A stretch of 64,000 bases of DNA from Azolla caroliniana (Eukaryota > Plantae > Polypodiophyta), in contig JBHGNT010000009.1 in assembly GCA_043228905.1 (NCBI GenBank), positions 20,088,001-20,152,000 of the forward strand, read 5' to 3'. Below, one piece after another: positions 48,801 through 62,176 of this stretch. A program made the translations under genes and the position numbers. The number at the start of each line of letters is the position of its first letter. Position 1 is the first letter of the stretch. The notes under the pieces are model-generated. The model saw only the letters and a program-made list of their open reading frames with translations, had not been told where the DNA came from and did no database searches.

Positions 48801-49818
48801 TAAACATCATCTCGTTCTAGCGAAAACATAGATGGATTGATGTCCGCATATAATGAAAGAAACTATATTCTTTACGAAAGAGCATTTCAATCTCAAAATT
48901 ATCAAATGAAATTGATAATCCATCGCATGCAACGTCAAATATTCATCCCTTCGTCCATCAGAAGGTATCACAAGATCCAGCTGTGATTCTGCAGATACTA
49001 CAAGGATATGAAAGAACGAAAATCGACTTAAGGAGAGGACAAACAATTGAAACTGTGAACTTTCATTAGTGAAGAAAATATTGCAGGTAAATAACTTGGT
49101 GGAATGAATTAAACCGTAGACAAGTGGGGAAATGCAAGGATCAAATGAATGTAGAAACTAGAGAACCAGACACTGTCAACGAATGTATAAAAAGAAGCGA
49201 AGAAAATATTAAAACTTCAGCGAATACAAGTACGTATTATCTGAGAAAAATGAATGTAAAGCCTAGAGAAAAAGTACAGAAAAGAAGCAAAAAAGACAGA
49301 TGAAAACTTAAGAAAAAAGAAAGTACGATAAGGTTTCACCTGATGAAATAGGAAACAATGAACGCAAATGGTACTAGGAGATCATGCCAGATGCGCAGAT
49401 CAATAAAAGAGACCAAAAGGAATTGACAAACAAAGAAAGGCTGAATAAGATATGAGTCGAAGAAAGTTGAAGGAAGGAGAAAAACGCACGGCTACCAGAT
49501 ATTCGAAGGAAGATCGAGTGATGACTGATGATGATGTTGGAAGGTAGCATCACAAGACGAAGAAGAAGCAGTGACGATGAGGTCTGAGTGTCGAGGACGT
49601 TTCGATGGACTGTTATTGCAGCGCAAGAGATCAAGGTTGCTGGAATTAGTGAAAGGATCAACTGCAGAGATGGAATTAGAAGGAGATGTGTCTGATAATG
49701 GAAGACGGCGACGATGGTAGTGGTGGTAAGGATGGCGACGACAAAGAAGACGCAGAAGAAGAAGACGACGACGAGACGTATGAGACCTGGTCGCTACGGC
49801 TGCTCCTGCTGCTGCCAT
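45809..49818 (-). CDS. RMF: F-box protein of the RMF/At3g61730 family; exons 49818-49496, 48272-48070, 47556-47512, 47349-47203, 47080-47033, 46773-46600, 46123-46013, 45906-45809
   Basis: F-box EDMWFVIFDFLNPSSLIRLSLVNRAF, then HAYSFHNSEEHIDWLRVGTF, PWIVDMHLLRCSVCTQPTCDGTVQVLDARHWELFL, AVAASTNLRQENE and IAIRITQ, matching RMF-family blocks. Phases are consistent, with one GC-AG intron. Exon 1 is the least certain. Confidence 0.85.
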
Positions 49819-51060
49819 GGATCAAATCCTTCAGAAGCAGCGGAATTCACTAGCGATTATTGTGCTTCGTTTTCTTAAAGAGGCTCCTGGACCAAAAACC
49901 TGAGAAGAAATTTAGGCGCGCGATAGAAAGCAGAAAAGCAGAAACGGCAAAAACAAAAGGCCAGCCTAATCCCTTCTATTTTACACGCTCGAATATTATG
50001 AGTCCTTTCATTTTTTTCGGTATTTACCAGAATACCCTTCGGTTTCGATAGTTTCTAAAACTCTTGCGGTCCTAACCCTAGAGCCCTAACTCTTTAGGGA
50101 CACTTGCCATGAATAAATACCCTACAGCTTTCAAGCATTACGAAAGTGCTTCTATGATATGGGTGTGACGATGCAAACTTTTTTATCGAAAAAACCTTGA
50201 ATATTTTAGGCTTTCCAATAATGCTAGTAAATATTTGGTGTCTAGCAAGTAACCTAGTGAAAGTTTTAACCTCAAGGTATATCCAAAATTTTAGGGTCAT
50301 TTCGGCGTTTTAGACTTAGAAGAGTTGGGAGATTTTACTTCTCCAATGCTATGTAAAAGATCCTTCTGAGAAGCTTACCTTGATATCTAGTTGAAAGAAA
50401 GTCTAGGCAATATAAGAAAGATATCAATAGTATCAACTCTGCTCTTTTATTTTTCAAAACTATATATATACCCTTAACAAGTTGCTCAATGAATAATTTT
50501 CCCTTGCCACATGGAATGTGCAAAGAGATCCGAAAAGTGGGTGCACGAAATCGGTGGGTCATATTTGACCTCAGAAGATGATAAAAAAGTCTTTCTCTAT
50601 GTTTCTAACTTGTTCATCAAATTTAATCTCAACAGTCACACTCATCAATCACATCTTAGTTATCATGTGGATACATGGGAATCATCAAGATTATATCAAT
50701 GATTCCCTTATGTGTGGAATGTGGTCAATGTCAGGTTTGTTGCAAAGCCATTAAAAGGAGCAACGATTGATAGTGTAAGCAACTTCACGATTCTTGGAGA
50801 GTCACATGTTGGTTTTGAGTTCATTTGAGAGTTCGATCCTGGCTCAATACGAATTATCTAAAACTAAATTTATGAACTACCTTTATAATGAAACTAGTTT
50901 TGAGTGTGCTTACCCTCAAATGTTAATGTCTTTATATTGAATGAAACTTTAATATTGCATCTCTATAACGAAATAGTTTGGTCGAGACTTGAATCCACAA
51001 CCATGATGTTCCAATAAACAAGTTTTACAAGTCCAACATCATATTTATATATCAAATTTG

Positions 51061-51485
51061 TGTAAGAACATGGATTGTCATGCTCATGATATGTATAGGG
51101 GTCGGAATCGGATGTCAAGCACTCACACAACTACTGACCAAGTTCAGGAATATGATTCAACCAACAGGAATAAACAAAACAGAGACACAAGATTTTTAAC
51201 GTGGAAAACCCTAAAACGAGAAAAACCACAGGACCCTCAAGGTACCAAAGATTCTACTATGACAGAGTGTACAAGTGATTACAGTCTCTCTAGACCACAA
51301 GTCTAGAGGCATCACCTGACATCTCGGAATCTGTGAAACCTTCAAGCATAGGTTTTCCGGAGCCATACCTTAGGCATACACTCAAGGTGTCGTTCAAGTA
51401 TTCGAGAATACACTTCACTGCAACCCAACATGCTCCTTTCTAGGATTACTCATGAATCGGCTGACAACCACAACAACAAAGGCAA
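51061..51485 (-). mobile_element. LTR-like fragment at the 3' side of the outer copia
   Basis: Contains TTTAACGTGGAAAACCC...GAAAAACCAC, also seen in the LTRs at ~3617 and ~27751; boundaries approximate. Confidence 0.5.
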
Positions 51486-53281
51486 TGCCCGTCCTAGTGC
51501 AAACCATGGCATACATTAAGGTATCCACAATTAAGGCATACGACACTTTTTTCATCTCAGCTTTGTATTTTTCACTTTTTGGTTTGACCAGAATTTAGCT
51601 TAAAGTTCACACAGTGTAGATCCAAAAAGTTTTGCCTTATCCATATTGAACCTTTTGCAGTACCCATATCATGTTTTTGTTCTGTCTTGGACTAAGTCCT
51701 TCATAGCAAAGGACTTACTCAGAGCTTTCTTCAAGCATCCAATCTTGTTGGCATCTTGACCAACAACCAACATATCATCAACATAAACCAAGAGAATCAG
51801 ATATTCACCTTCATCATACTTCTTCACAAACACACAGTGATCGGCTTGTGTCTTGTGGAATCCATGCTTCGTCATGAAGGACTCAAATTTCTTGTACCAT
51901 TGTCGATAAGCTTGCTTCAAATCATATAAGCTCTTCCTCAACCTGCATACAAGATTCTCCTTTCCTTTTACCTCAAAACCCTCAAGTTGCTCCATGTATA
52001 TTTCCTCTTCCAACTCAACCATGTAGGAATGCAGTTTTTACATCTAGTTGTTAAACCTCTAGGTTCATGCGTGCAACTAGGCTTAGAACAATTCGAATGG
52101 ATAACATCTTCACAACTGGAGCAAAAATCTCATCAAAGTCAACACCCTGTTTCTTCTTAAAACCCTAAACACCACCATGTGAATTGTGTGTTTAGGTGGA
52201 CATCCAGGTTCTCCATTTTTTTATCTTGAAGACTCATCTATTCCTTAGAGCCCTTTTACCCTCAGGCATCTCCACTAGGTCATAGGTGTAGTTCTCATGC
52301 AAGGAATCCATCTTGTCTTGCATGGCATTGTACCACTCTCTTTTGTGCACATCCGACACAGCTTCCTCGTAACATTCTGGCTCACCTTCATCAGTCAACA
52401 ATATATATTCACAAGTTGGATACCTTGAGGAAACCTTTCTCTATATGAGAGGGTATCTCCTTACTTCAACATTCAGCTCAACATCATCTGCTTCAGCTGG
52501 CTCAACATCATCTGACTGTTGTATGTCGACTGACAGTACAGGACTAGAGTCTACCAGTACAGAATCCATAACAATGGCTAGTTGGAAAGTCGACACTGGT
52601 TGTTGTTTCCAGTCTTCAATTGTCTTGTCTTCCATAAACACAATATCCTGACTTTTGACCACTTTCTTGTCAAGCAGATCCCACAATCTGTAGCCAAACT
52701 CATCTTCTGAGTACCCAAGAAAAATGCATGGCTTTCTTTTGTTGTCCAGTTTTGATCTCTGATCTTTAGCCACATGCATGTATACTAGGCATTCGAACAC
52801 CCTCAGATGCTTGTACGAGACATCTCTTCTAGTCCACACCGTTTGTGGGACATCACCATTTAGACGTATTGAGGGAGACCTATTTATGAGGTAACAACTA
52901 TTATCATTGCCTCAACCCAATATGACTTCGATAGTGTTGAGATTTCAAGCTCAACTAAGTTTAGCCATTTAGTTAACCATGTAACTTAGTAGTTACCTAG
53001 ATAGAATCTAGTTAGAATGTTAACTATAAAGCCTTAAATATGATTGTGTTCCTTGTACTTAAGTGGGATACCTTCTAGATCCCCCATCATCAAGTTCATT
53101 TAAATTTAATATTATAGGACTTACACCCTTGTACCTATATTCTCCTCATACATGTGCACCTTTGCACATAAGATGTATATATACCTCATTGTGGGTATTT
53201 TTGTATTTTGATGTCTCTTTAATATAAGTAAGAATTCCTTGAGCTATACTTATTAATCATCCCCCATTTATTGTTCATAAG

Positions 53282-54049
53282 TAGCAATGGGCCCGGTTCG
53301 GTTCAATTTCTTGGCCTTGAAACCAAACCAAACTATTTATTAATAATAAAAACCGAACCAAACTGTTTTAAAATTTATGAAGCCATCTAAATCGAACCGT
53401 TTAGAGCCGAACCGTTAAACCAAACCGTTTAAAGAATAGGAGAAACCAAACTGTTTACGAAAAATTTAAAACCAAACCAACCCGGTTTATCATAAATCAA
53501 AACCAAACCAAACCAAACCATTTTTTATTGATATTAATCATCATACTTATTATAAATTATCATAAATTTATTCATCATACTCATCATAAAATTTGTCATC
53601 ATAATTATCATAAAATTTGTCATCATATTGATCATAAATTTGGTCATCATACTAATCATAAATTTGATCATTATACTTATCATAACTTTGATCATCATAC
53701 TTATCATAATTGATCATCATAAATGAAAAGGAGACTCTACATATAATACATATAAAATTTAATAAGTTAATAAAACAAGAGTTTAAAATTAAATGTTGAA
53801 AGTTATAGTCTATTGAGAATATTTATGAGTATTTTTTAAGCTATAAACCTATAAACCTTTAAACCGAACCACATAAACAAAAACCGATAAGCCGATAAAC
53901 CGATAAACTGGTAAATTCAAAACCAAACCGAAATCGATTAGTAACATTTGAAACCAAACCAAACTGTTTATTTATCGTTGAACCTATAAACCGTTAAGCC
54001 ATGGTTTTTCGGTTTGGTTCGGTTTGAGCCGAAACCGGACCCATTGCTA
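53282..54049. mobile_element. 768-bp hAT-type MITE in the 5' LTR
   Basis: TIR TAGCAATGGG(C/T)CCGGTT, 8-bp TSD TTCATAAG, AAACC(G/A) subterminal repeats, central TCATCATA array; absent from the 3' LTR. Confidence 0.92.
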
Positions 54050-57000
54050 TTCATAAGTGTAACTTCCTCTCTCTCTTCCTCTCACACACATACACATATC
54101 ACATAATCTTCTGCAACTTAATCACATTCGTGATTAACTATTGACATAATTAGATAAGTCTAATAAACCCTTAGTTAATTACCTAATGTTTGTGTACTAG
54201 CTCTCTTGTTCTTTGCATCCGAACACATATTCGAGAGCATAACCAATTGTGGCCGGTCACGATCCTAACAGTCACCAACTATGTCACCAACTCTAAATTC
54301 GAAGACTATGGAGGCATGTTCGTCATGAGACACAAAGCAAACACTATGCCGGCATCCAATTCGGCAAGCACCTCCACATTAGAGGAAGTATGGTTCGTCG
54401 ACTCAGGCGCCTCAAATCACATGACGTCTCACGAAGAGTGGTTCAGTGATTTGCATATGCCCGATCGACCCTCTACGTGGAGACGAGAGGCAACACCACA
54501 CACACCATTCCGCATATCGGCAATGTTCCTCTTGGCAAGGGCAACAACAATTACATCAAGAATGTTTTGCAAGTTCCAACAATAACGAAGAATTTGGACT
54601 CGATCAACCAAATCATGGAGCAAGGCATGCAAGTTTGTTTCAATAATGGAGACTGCTTTATAGAAAAGAATGGTCGACTCATAGCTAGAGGACGGAGAGA
54701 AGGCCGAATGTTTATTCTCGATTCACACGAGGTAAACTCGGCCATGTACGTAAACAGTCTTAAGGTTGAATCGAATATCGAGTTGTCGCACAAGAGAATC
54801 AACCACATCAACCTCCAACGGCTCTGAACTATGTAGACGAAGGGAGTAGTTATCGAACTTCCGACCTTTGAGTCAACCAAGTATGCAAAGCATGCCAACT
54901 CGGCATACAACATTGACTCTCATTCCCAAAGGAGAGCAACATAAGCAAAGGCCTCCTTGACGTAGTCCACTTGGATGTGTGGGGGCTAGCCCAAATGCCA
55001 ACGATCGACGAATGCCAATACTACATCACCTTCATCGACGATTACTCGTGCTACACGTGGATCTTCCTTATGAATAAGAAGAGTGAAGTGCTCTCCCACT
55101 TCCAAAAGCTCAAGAGCCAAGTGAAGAAAGAAACGGGTCGGCATATTTGATACCTACGATCAGATGGAGGAAAGGAGTACTTCTTCGACGAATTCATCTC
55201 CTACCTCCATGGTGAAGGCATCTGGAGAGAATTTTCATGCCGACACACACCCCAACAAAATGGTGTAGCTAAATGAAAGAATCGGCACATACTCGAGGTA
55301 GCACACGCCATGTTACATGAGAAGTACATGCAAAAATACTATTGGGCCAAAGCGGCAGCCACAACCATCTACATTATGAATCAATGCACAACTACTAGAG
55401 CACACAAACTAACTGCACACTAGCTGACTTTGTTGCATCTACGAGTGTTTGGAAGTATTGCATATGTTCACATCCCGACCGAAAAACGATAGAAGCTCGA
55501 CCCAAAGTCCGAAAAGTGCATTTTCGTCCAGGATATTCATCCGAACAAAAGGGATACCAGTGCTTCAACCCTTCCACCCATTCCATTCGAGTAAGTCGAG
55601 ATGTCATCTTCAACGAATCGTCAACTTGGTATAAACCCAATTCGACCTCGTCTGGCCTGACTAAGGAAGAGTTGAACACCATCTCAGATGACGACATTCA
55701 ATTGAGACCCATACCTACCAATCCAAGCTCAACCATGATGAGCGGACCATCGGAGCAGTCAAGCAATAGGAGCACAACACAACCATCTACCAGGTTGGAC
55801 AAAGGTAAAGGTAAGATGCCTGAATACGACGTCGATCACCCCGACGAAAGCGATTCAGATGTGTCGGCTCTCTCTTTGGATAGTGAGTTTGAAGTGCCCA
55901 TTCTGCGAACCCCTGGCGTAAAGAAAGCATTGGCTTCTATGAACGAAAAACTCCAAACTCCAACGCTCGAGCAGAGAGAAGAATCCGGTTACTCAATTCA
56001 GCTACAATGAGTATATGGCACACCATTATGCATTCATAATGAAGGTAGCAGCCGAACAAGAGCCCGAAAGCTTTACGGAAGCAGCTCGTGACACCCGATG
56101 GGTGGAAGCCATGGACCAAAAGATGCGAGCGCTAGTTCACAATGAGACTTGGGATCTTGTAGCACCTCCACCGCACAAGAAGGCGATGAGTTGTCGATGG
56201 ATTTACAAAATCAAGCACAATGTCGACGGCTCCATCAACCGATACAAAGCTCGAGTTGTTGCTAAGGGATATGCTCAAACCCAAGGTACCAACTACGAAG
56301 AAACCTTTGCCCCGATGGCAAAGATGACCACGATTTGGACGGTCCTAGCACTCCCGATGGCAAAAGGGTGGCATCTCCACCAAATGGATGTGAAAAATGG
56401 GTTCCTCCAAGGCGAACTAGCGGAGGAGGTGTACATGGTACAACCTCTTGGCTACAAGTCGAAATCACATCTGAATGTCGTACACCACCTCAAGAAGCAC
56501 CTATACGGCCTCAAGCAAGCGCCAAGGGCTTGGCATTCAAAGATAACTCAGTCTCTGCACCGAATCAACTTTCAAATGTCTAAGTCCGACAATTCGTTGT
56601 TTATTTGAAGCAACTCCAATGGTCTGATCTTCATCATCATATATGTCGACGACTTAATGATCTGTGGTGAACACCTAGCCGACATCAACAAGGTCAAAAT
56701 GTTCCTATCCGAGAAGTTTGAGATGAAAGACATGAACGAACTTTATTACTTTCTGGGAATCGAGGTCATCTGAACCAGCGACGACATCATGCTCTCCCAA
56801 CACCACTACATCCTAAACCTTTTGTTCAAGTTCGGTATGATTGACCACATGCCAATTTCGACTCCCCTTGATCGCAACCTCAAATTGCAGACGGACTCCG
56901 AAACACCATCATGTGAGCCAACTCAAAATCCGCAAAACTCAGGTGTCTCATCTATCTAACTATCACGCACCCGACCTGAGCTATCCAGTGTATCCAATTT

Positions 57001-57927
57001 ATGCGAACACCATGCGACACACATTTGCATAGTGTTAAACGAGTCTTATGATACATTAGTGGGACCATGGATCGAGGAATCATTCTATAAGACAAGAGCG
57101 ACCATTCGGTTAGAAGGATAAACTGATGTCGATTGGGCCGAAAATGTATCCGATCAACGTTTGACATCCGGATTCATCTTCTCACTCTAAAGCACAGCTA
57201 TTTCTTGGAGTAGCAAGAAGCAACCAATAGTTGTATTGTCTAGCACCGAAGCGGAATACAGGGGCGTGGCCATAACCACTTGCGAAGTAATTTTGTTGAA
57301 GCGGCTACGAAAGGACTTCAATGAATCGGTCGACAAACCGATGCGTATCTACTGCGACAATCAAAGTAGCATACAACTAGCCCGAAACCCGGTCTTCCAT
57401 GCTTGAACAAAACACATCGAGGTGCATTATCACTATGTTCGAGAGCACATCGTCACGGGAGACATCGACCTCCAACACATCGGCACTAATCAATAGACAA
57501 CCGATATCTTTACCAAGGCCTTAGGAGCAGACAAGCTCCATTGGTTTTCGCTGGCACTCGGCCTTCGGCCGATTAACAGTCCAAGCCTTCGTCGAAGGCT
57601 TGAGGGGGACGAACCGAAAATTGCCGACATGACTTAGTCGATAGCCGAACTCTCACACTTGGAGCTTGAGGGGGCGTGTTGAGATTTCAAGCTCAACTAA
57701 GTTTAGCCATTTAGTTAACCACGTAACTTAATAGTAGTTACCTAGATAGAAACTAGTTAGACTGTTGACTATAAAGTCTTAAATAGGATTGTGTTCCTTG
57801 TACTTAAGTGGGATACCTTCTAGATCCCCCATCATCAAGTTCATTTAAATTTAATATTATAGGACTTACACCCTTGTACCTATATTCTCCTCACACATGT
57901 GCATCTTTGCACATGAGATATATATAT

Positions 57928-58765
57928 ACCTCATTATAGGTATTTTTGTATTTTGTCGTCTCTTTAATATAAGTAAGAGTTCCTTGAGCTACATTTATTA
58001 ATCATCCCCCATTTATTGTTCATAAGTGTAACTTCCTCTCTCTCTTCCTCTCATACACATATCACATAATCTTCCGCGGCTTAATCACATACGTGATTAA
58101 CTATTCACATAATTAGATACTAATTAACCCTTAGTTAATTACCTCATTATGGGTATTTTTGTATTTTGACGTCTCTTTAATATAAGTAAGAGTTCCTTGA
58201 GCTACACTTATTAATCATCCCCCATTTATTGTTCATAAGTGTAACTTCCTCTCTCTCTTCCTCTCATACACATATCACATAATCTTCCGCGGCTTAATCA
58301 CATACGTGATTAACTATTCACATAATTAGATACTAATTAACCCTTAGTTAATTACCTCATTATGGGTATTTTTGTATTTTGACGTCTCTTTAATATAAGT
58401 AAGAGTTCCTTGAGCTACACTTATTAATCATCCCCCATTTATTGTTCATAAGTGTAACTTCCTCTCTCTTCCTCTCACATGCATATCACATAATCTTCCG
58501 CGGCTTAATCACATACGTGATTAACTATTCACATAATTAGATACTAATTAACCCTTAGTTAATTACCTCATTATGGGTATTTTTGTATTTTGACGTCTCT
58601 TTAATATAAGTAAGAGTTCCTTGAGCTACACTTATTAATCATCCCCCATTTATTGTTCATAAGTGTAACTTCCTCTCTCTCTTCCTCTCACACACATATC
58701 ACATAATCTTCTGCAGCTTAATCACATATGTGATTAACTATTCACATAATTAGATACTAATTACC
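57928..58765 (+). repeat. Four tandem ~213-bp copies within the 3' LTR
   Basis: ACCTCATTAT.GGTATTTTTG starts at 57928, 58141, 58354 and 58565; single copy in the 5' LTR. Confidence 0.93.
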
Positions 58766-61700
58766 TAATTATTAATAGATAGTTTTGCACGTGACAACAT
58801 ACTTCGCACCCTTTCTACTATGGTCCTGTTCATCCTCTCTACAAGACCATTTACCTCATGTGTTTTGGGCACTGTGTGCCCAAGTTTGATACCAAGACTC
58901 TTACAATACTATTCAAACTAGCCCTTGTACCAAGCCTTAGAGTGAAAGGAAGCTCTACATACCTTCCACTTCCAAGAGAAGGTCCTTAGCCAGTATATGT
59001 AACACCCTACCTTCCACTTCCAAGAGAAGGTCCTTAGCCAGTATATGTAACACCCTCTCGCTTATATGACCTAGCCTCTTGTATCATATCTCACTAACCA
59101 AATCGGCCACCGCATTTGCTTCATCTTTGCACAATTTTGCATGCATTACATAGTGTACTCTGCTTTTGTGCCTGAGCCAGAATCAAACTTCCCTTGCAAA
59201 ATTTCCCTACACCATTTTGAAATCTACCATCATAGCCTTCATCATCAAGTCATCCTATAGATATCAGATTCAATCTGACATCCGGGACATGGCATACGTC
59301 TTTCAACATTATCTTGCAACCAATGAACGTCAACAAACAAACATTCCCAATGCCAACAATTCTGCATGAACCATCATTCCCCATCGTTACATAGCCATAG
59401 TCCCCAGATGCATAAGATAAGAAGCATTACCTCTTGGGATTCAAGTGGAAAGATGTATCGCAATCTACAACCCAAGTGCACTCATCACTGGCAAGGTTCC
59501 CACATGCTTGTTCACTAATAAACAACTCTTTCTCACTGGCTGCAATGGCTGAGGTATTTCTCTCCTCTGAAATTTTCTTCTCCTCAACACTATCAACATT
59601 TCCTTTGTCTCTCTTAAAATTTCAACGATTCATTTGGAAATGTCCTAGTTTCCCACAATAGAAACATGTGAGTCTTCCCCTAGATTTTGACCTCCCTCTG
59701 GACTTGTCACGATTCTAGGAACCCTTTAACTTACTCCTTCCTTTACTGGAATCTTGAGCCACATTTGCTTATGACTGAGACGAGGCACCCATTTTCTTTC
59801 TTCTCGTCTCTTCATTCAGAAGACTTGCCTTTATAGCCTCTAGGGACAACTTGTCCTCTTGACAAGAGTTACTCAGTGACAACCTAAGTTTCCCAATTGT
59901 CTGGTTGGGAAGAGAGCGACAACAAAGCCTGCAACTCATCGTCTAGTGGCATCTTGGTCGAGGCTAATTGGTTTACCATACCCATGAATGTACTAGTGTG
60001 CACCACAATGCTATCACCATTTGAGTACTTCAGCCTCACCAACTTTCTCATCAGGGATGCCTTGTTAAGAGCATTCATACTCTCATACATGTTGGCAAGC
60101 TTATGCCACAACTCATAGGCATTTGTGTCATTTGCCACATGTTGGAGTATGCTCACATATACAAATTGTCTGATGGTTGCTACGGCCTTTCTATGCAAGA
60201 TTTTTCAATCACATTCAACTACCCCAGTCGGTACTTCCTTCCTATAGATTGGTTCATACAAGTTCCTCACTGTTAGGAGATCCTCCATCTTGATTTTCCA
60301 GTCAGAATACTTATGAGATCACACTAGAGGTATTCCAAAATCTCAAGGCCATAGCCTTGACACGAAGATATCTCAAGGCCATAGCCTTGACACAATCTTC
60401 GTGTCACAGAGTGGACGGAAACCATAGAAACGGTAGAGAAGAAAAAACACAGAGAATGGAACAATAAAACTTGATTTAGGGTTTGTCAGATCATCGACTA
60501 GGAGAGAGAGTTGCTTCGGTGCCACTACACCTGCAAAGTCTTCCCGCATTGCTCTCCCTTACGTTCTATATTTTTTTTCTCTATTTGTCTCTTTTTCACA
60601 ACCCTAACACTCACTTTCTTATATATATATATATATTCGGCCATGAGGAGGGACACAAACACAAGAGCTCGTAAGGCAAAAACGAAATGCACCAAGGACA
60701 AAATTAAAATCTAGAATGGATTCATCAACCTATTGAAGGTTTAGACAACAAAAATATATTTGAAGATTTTGTATCAAGTTTGATTGATTATAATCCATCG
60801 AAGCATAACTGAATCTGTTGAAAATTAATAAGTATTACATCACACAAGCAAGAGGAGAAACAAAAAATATGTTCTCCCAATGACATACTAATATTCATGG
60901 ACGATCTTACCTCCAAATATTATTAAATACAAATATGCTCTCCTAGAGATTGGCATATACTAACTAACATTCATGGATTGTTATACCTCCTTGAGACATT
61001 ATTCCATACAAATATTTTCTCCCAGAGATTAGCAGATACTAATATTCATGGATTCACTTACCTTCTTGAGACATTATTCCATACTCTATGAATGATACCT
61101 ATACTTATTCTACTAATCTCTCATAAGAATTGAAAGCTTTATCGTTTTGATTTGTAAATGTACCACTTCACATGAAACCGAGATGCCAAGCCTTAGGGAA
61201 CCAAGCAAATTCACACAACTCTTCCATCAAATTTGAGTCAATTTCAAGTGAATGGTGAAGCTACTAAAGACCCCTGCTTTCATAGATGTGGAGAACTTCA
61301 GAAACCATCCATAGAAGGTTTACCAGTTCTTTGTGCAGAAACACTGGTTATACACATTAACACATTACCATGTTTGTTCATCATAATGGAATTGACACTA
61401 ACATGAAATGCTTGAGACTTACAATGGGATATGGAAAAGAAAGTTTGAATTAAATGGTTACTTCCATCCTCAAGAAAGAAGATTTAATCAAAAAACTCTT
61501 GCCAAAATAGCAGTTGTCAGACTTGCAATACTTGGTAACCCATCACACATACTTGATATTAAAGATAGTGTGGAAAAGTCATAATTAAATAGCCATGTTC
61601 AAAGTATCGACATAATTTATACATACATATATTCATTCATGCAGGTTGCATTCTATGTTGACTGTGGCGTGTAACAAACACATTAATGAAGCTCTATCAT

Positions 61701-62176
61701 AACAGTTCCTGTGCCATGCTAAGACCAATGTAACAACTAAAAATTACTGCTGAAAATATTCACTAGCTAAACTTCATTTTTGCAAAACAATGATTGTATG
61801 CCAACTTGATAGACCTTCATGAATCTTTGGACAACAACCAAATCGCATGTAATTAAGTAGAAAGAAATACATCAGGATTAACCATCATTATGCTTTGAAG
61901 TTTCAGAAAACAGTGTATATGAATTACATTGAACGACATACAAAGTGACTTATCTCATATTTTGCATCTTCCTCCAGATCATGTCAGCTCCAATGAGAAA
62001 TTATCTTAATGTTATACAATGTATATGTGCAAATAAAAGAAGCTTCCAGCCATCAAATTATAAAAGGGAAGGTAATAAATGAGAATGGAGGTCCTTTTGT
62101 GTGTGCTCATTTTTTAAAATAATAATAATGAATGAAATAGAAAACCAGGGCTTTGGCAATCTACAACATTATAACA

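Larger units (their letters stand above)
52935..58777 (+). mobile_element. Nested copia element with both LTRs; PBS and most of gag deleted
   Basis: LTRs 52935-~54187 and 57677-58777 (TGTTGAGATTTCAAGC...), TSD GATAG; WFVDSGASNHMT, TPQQNGVA, KARVVAKGYAQ, IYVDDL, TKHIEVHYH; PPT AGCTTGAGGGGGCG. Confidence 0.93.
51490..60310 (-). mobile_element. Degenerate Tnt1-like copia (RT/integrase 51490-52934; integrase, protease, gag 58778-60310), split by a nested copia
   Basis: YVDDMLV, FAMKDL, KPCIFLGYSEDEFGYRLWD, WVVDCDTSFH, CFYCGKLGHF and HRKAVATIRQ. Removing the insert restores ...AKLSKSYW... Confidence 0.9.

Noticed and set aside
53528-53713. His-rich ORF
   Set aside because: Translation of the TCATCATA micro-repeat inside a MITE.
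60870-61085. Three short ACTAATATTCATGGA-containing repeats
   Set aside because: Degenerate local duplication with no terminal or coding features.
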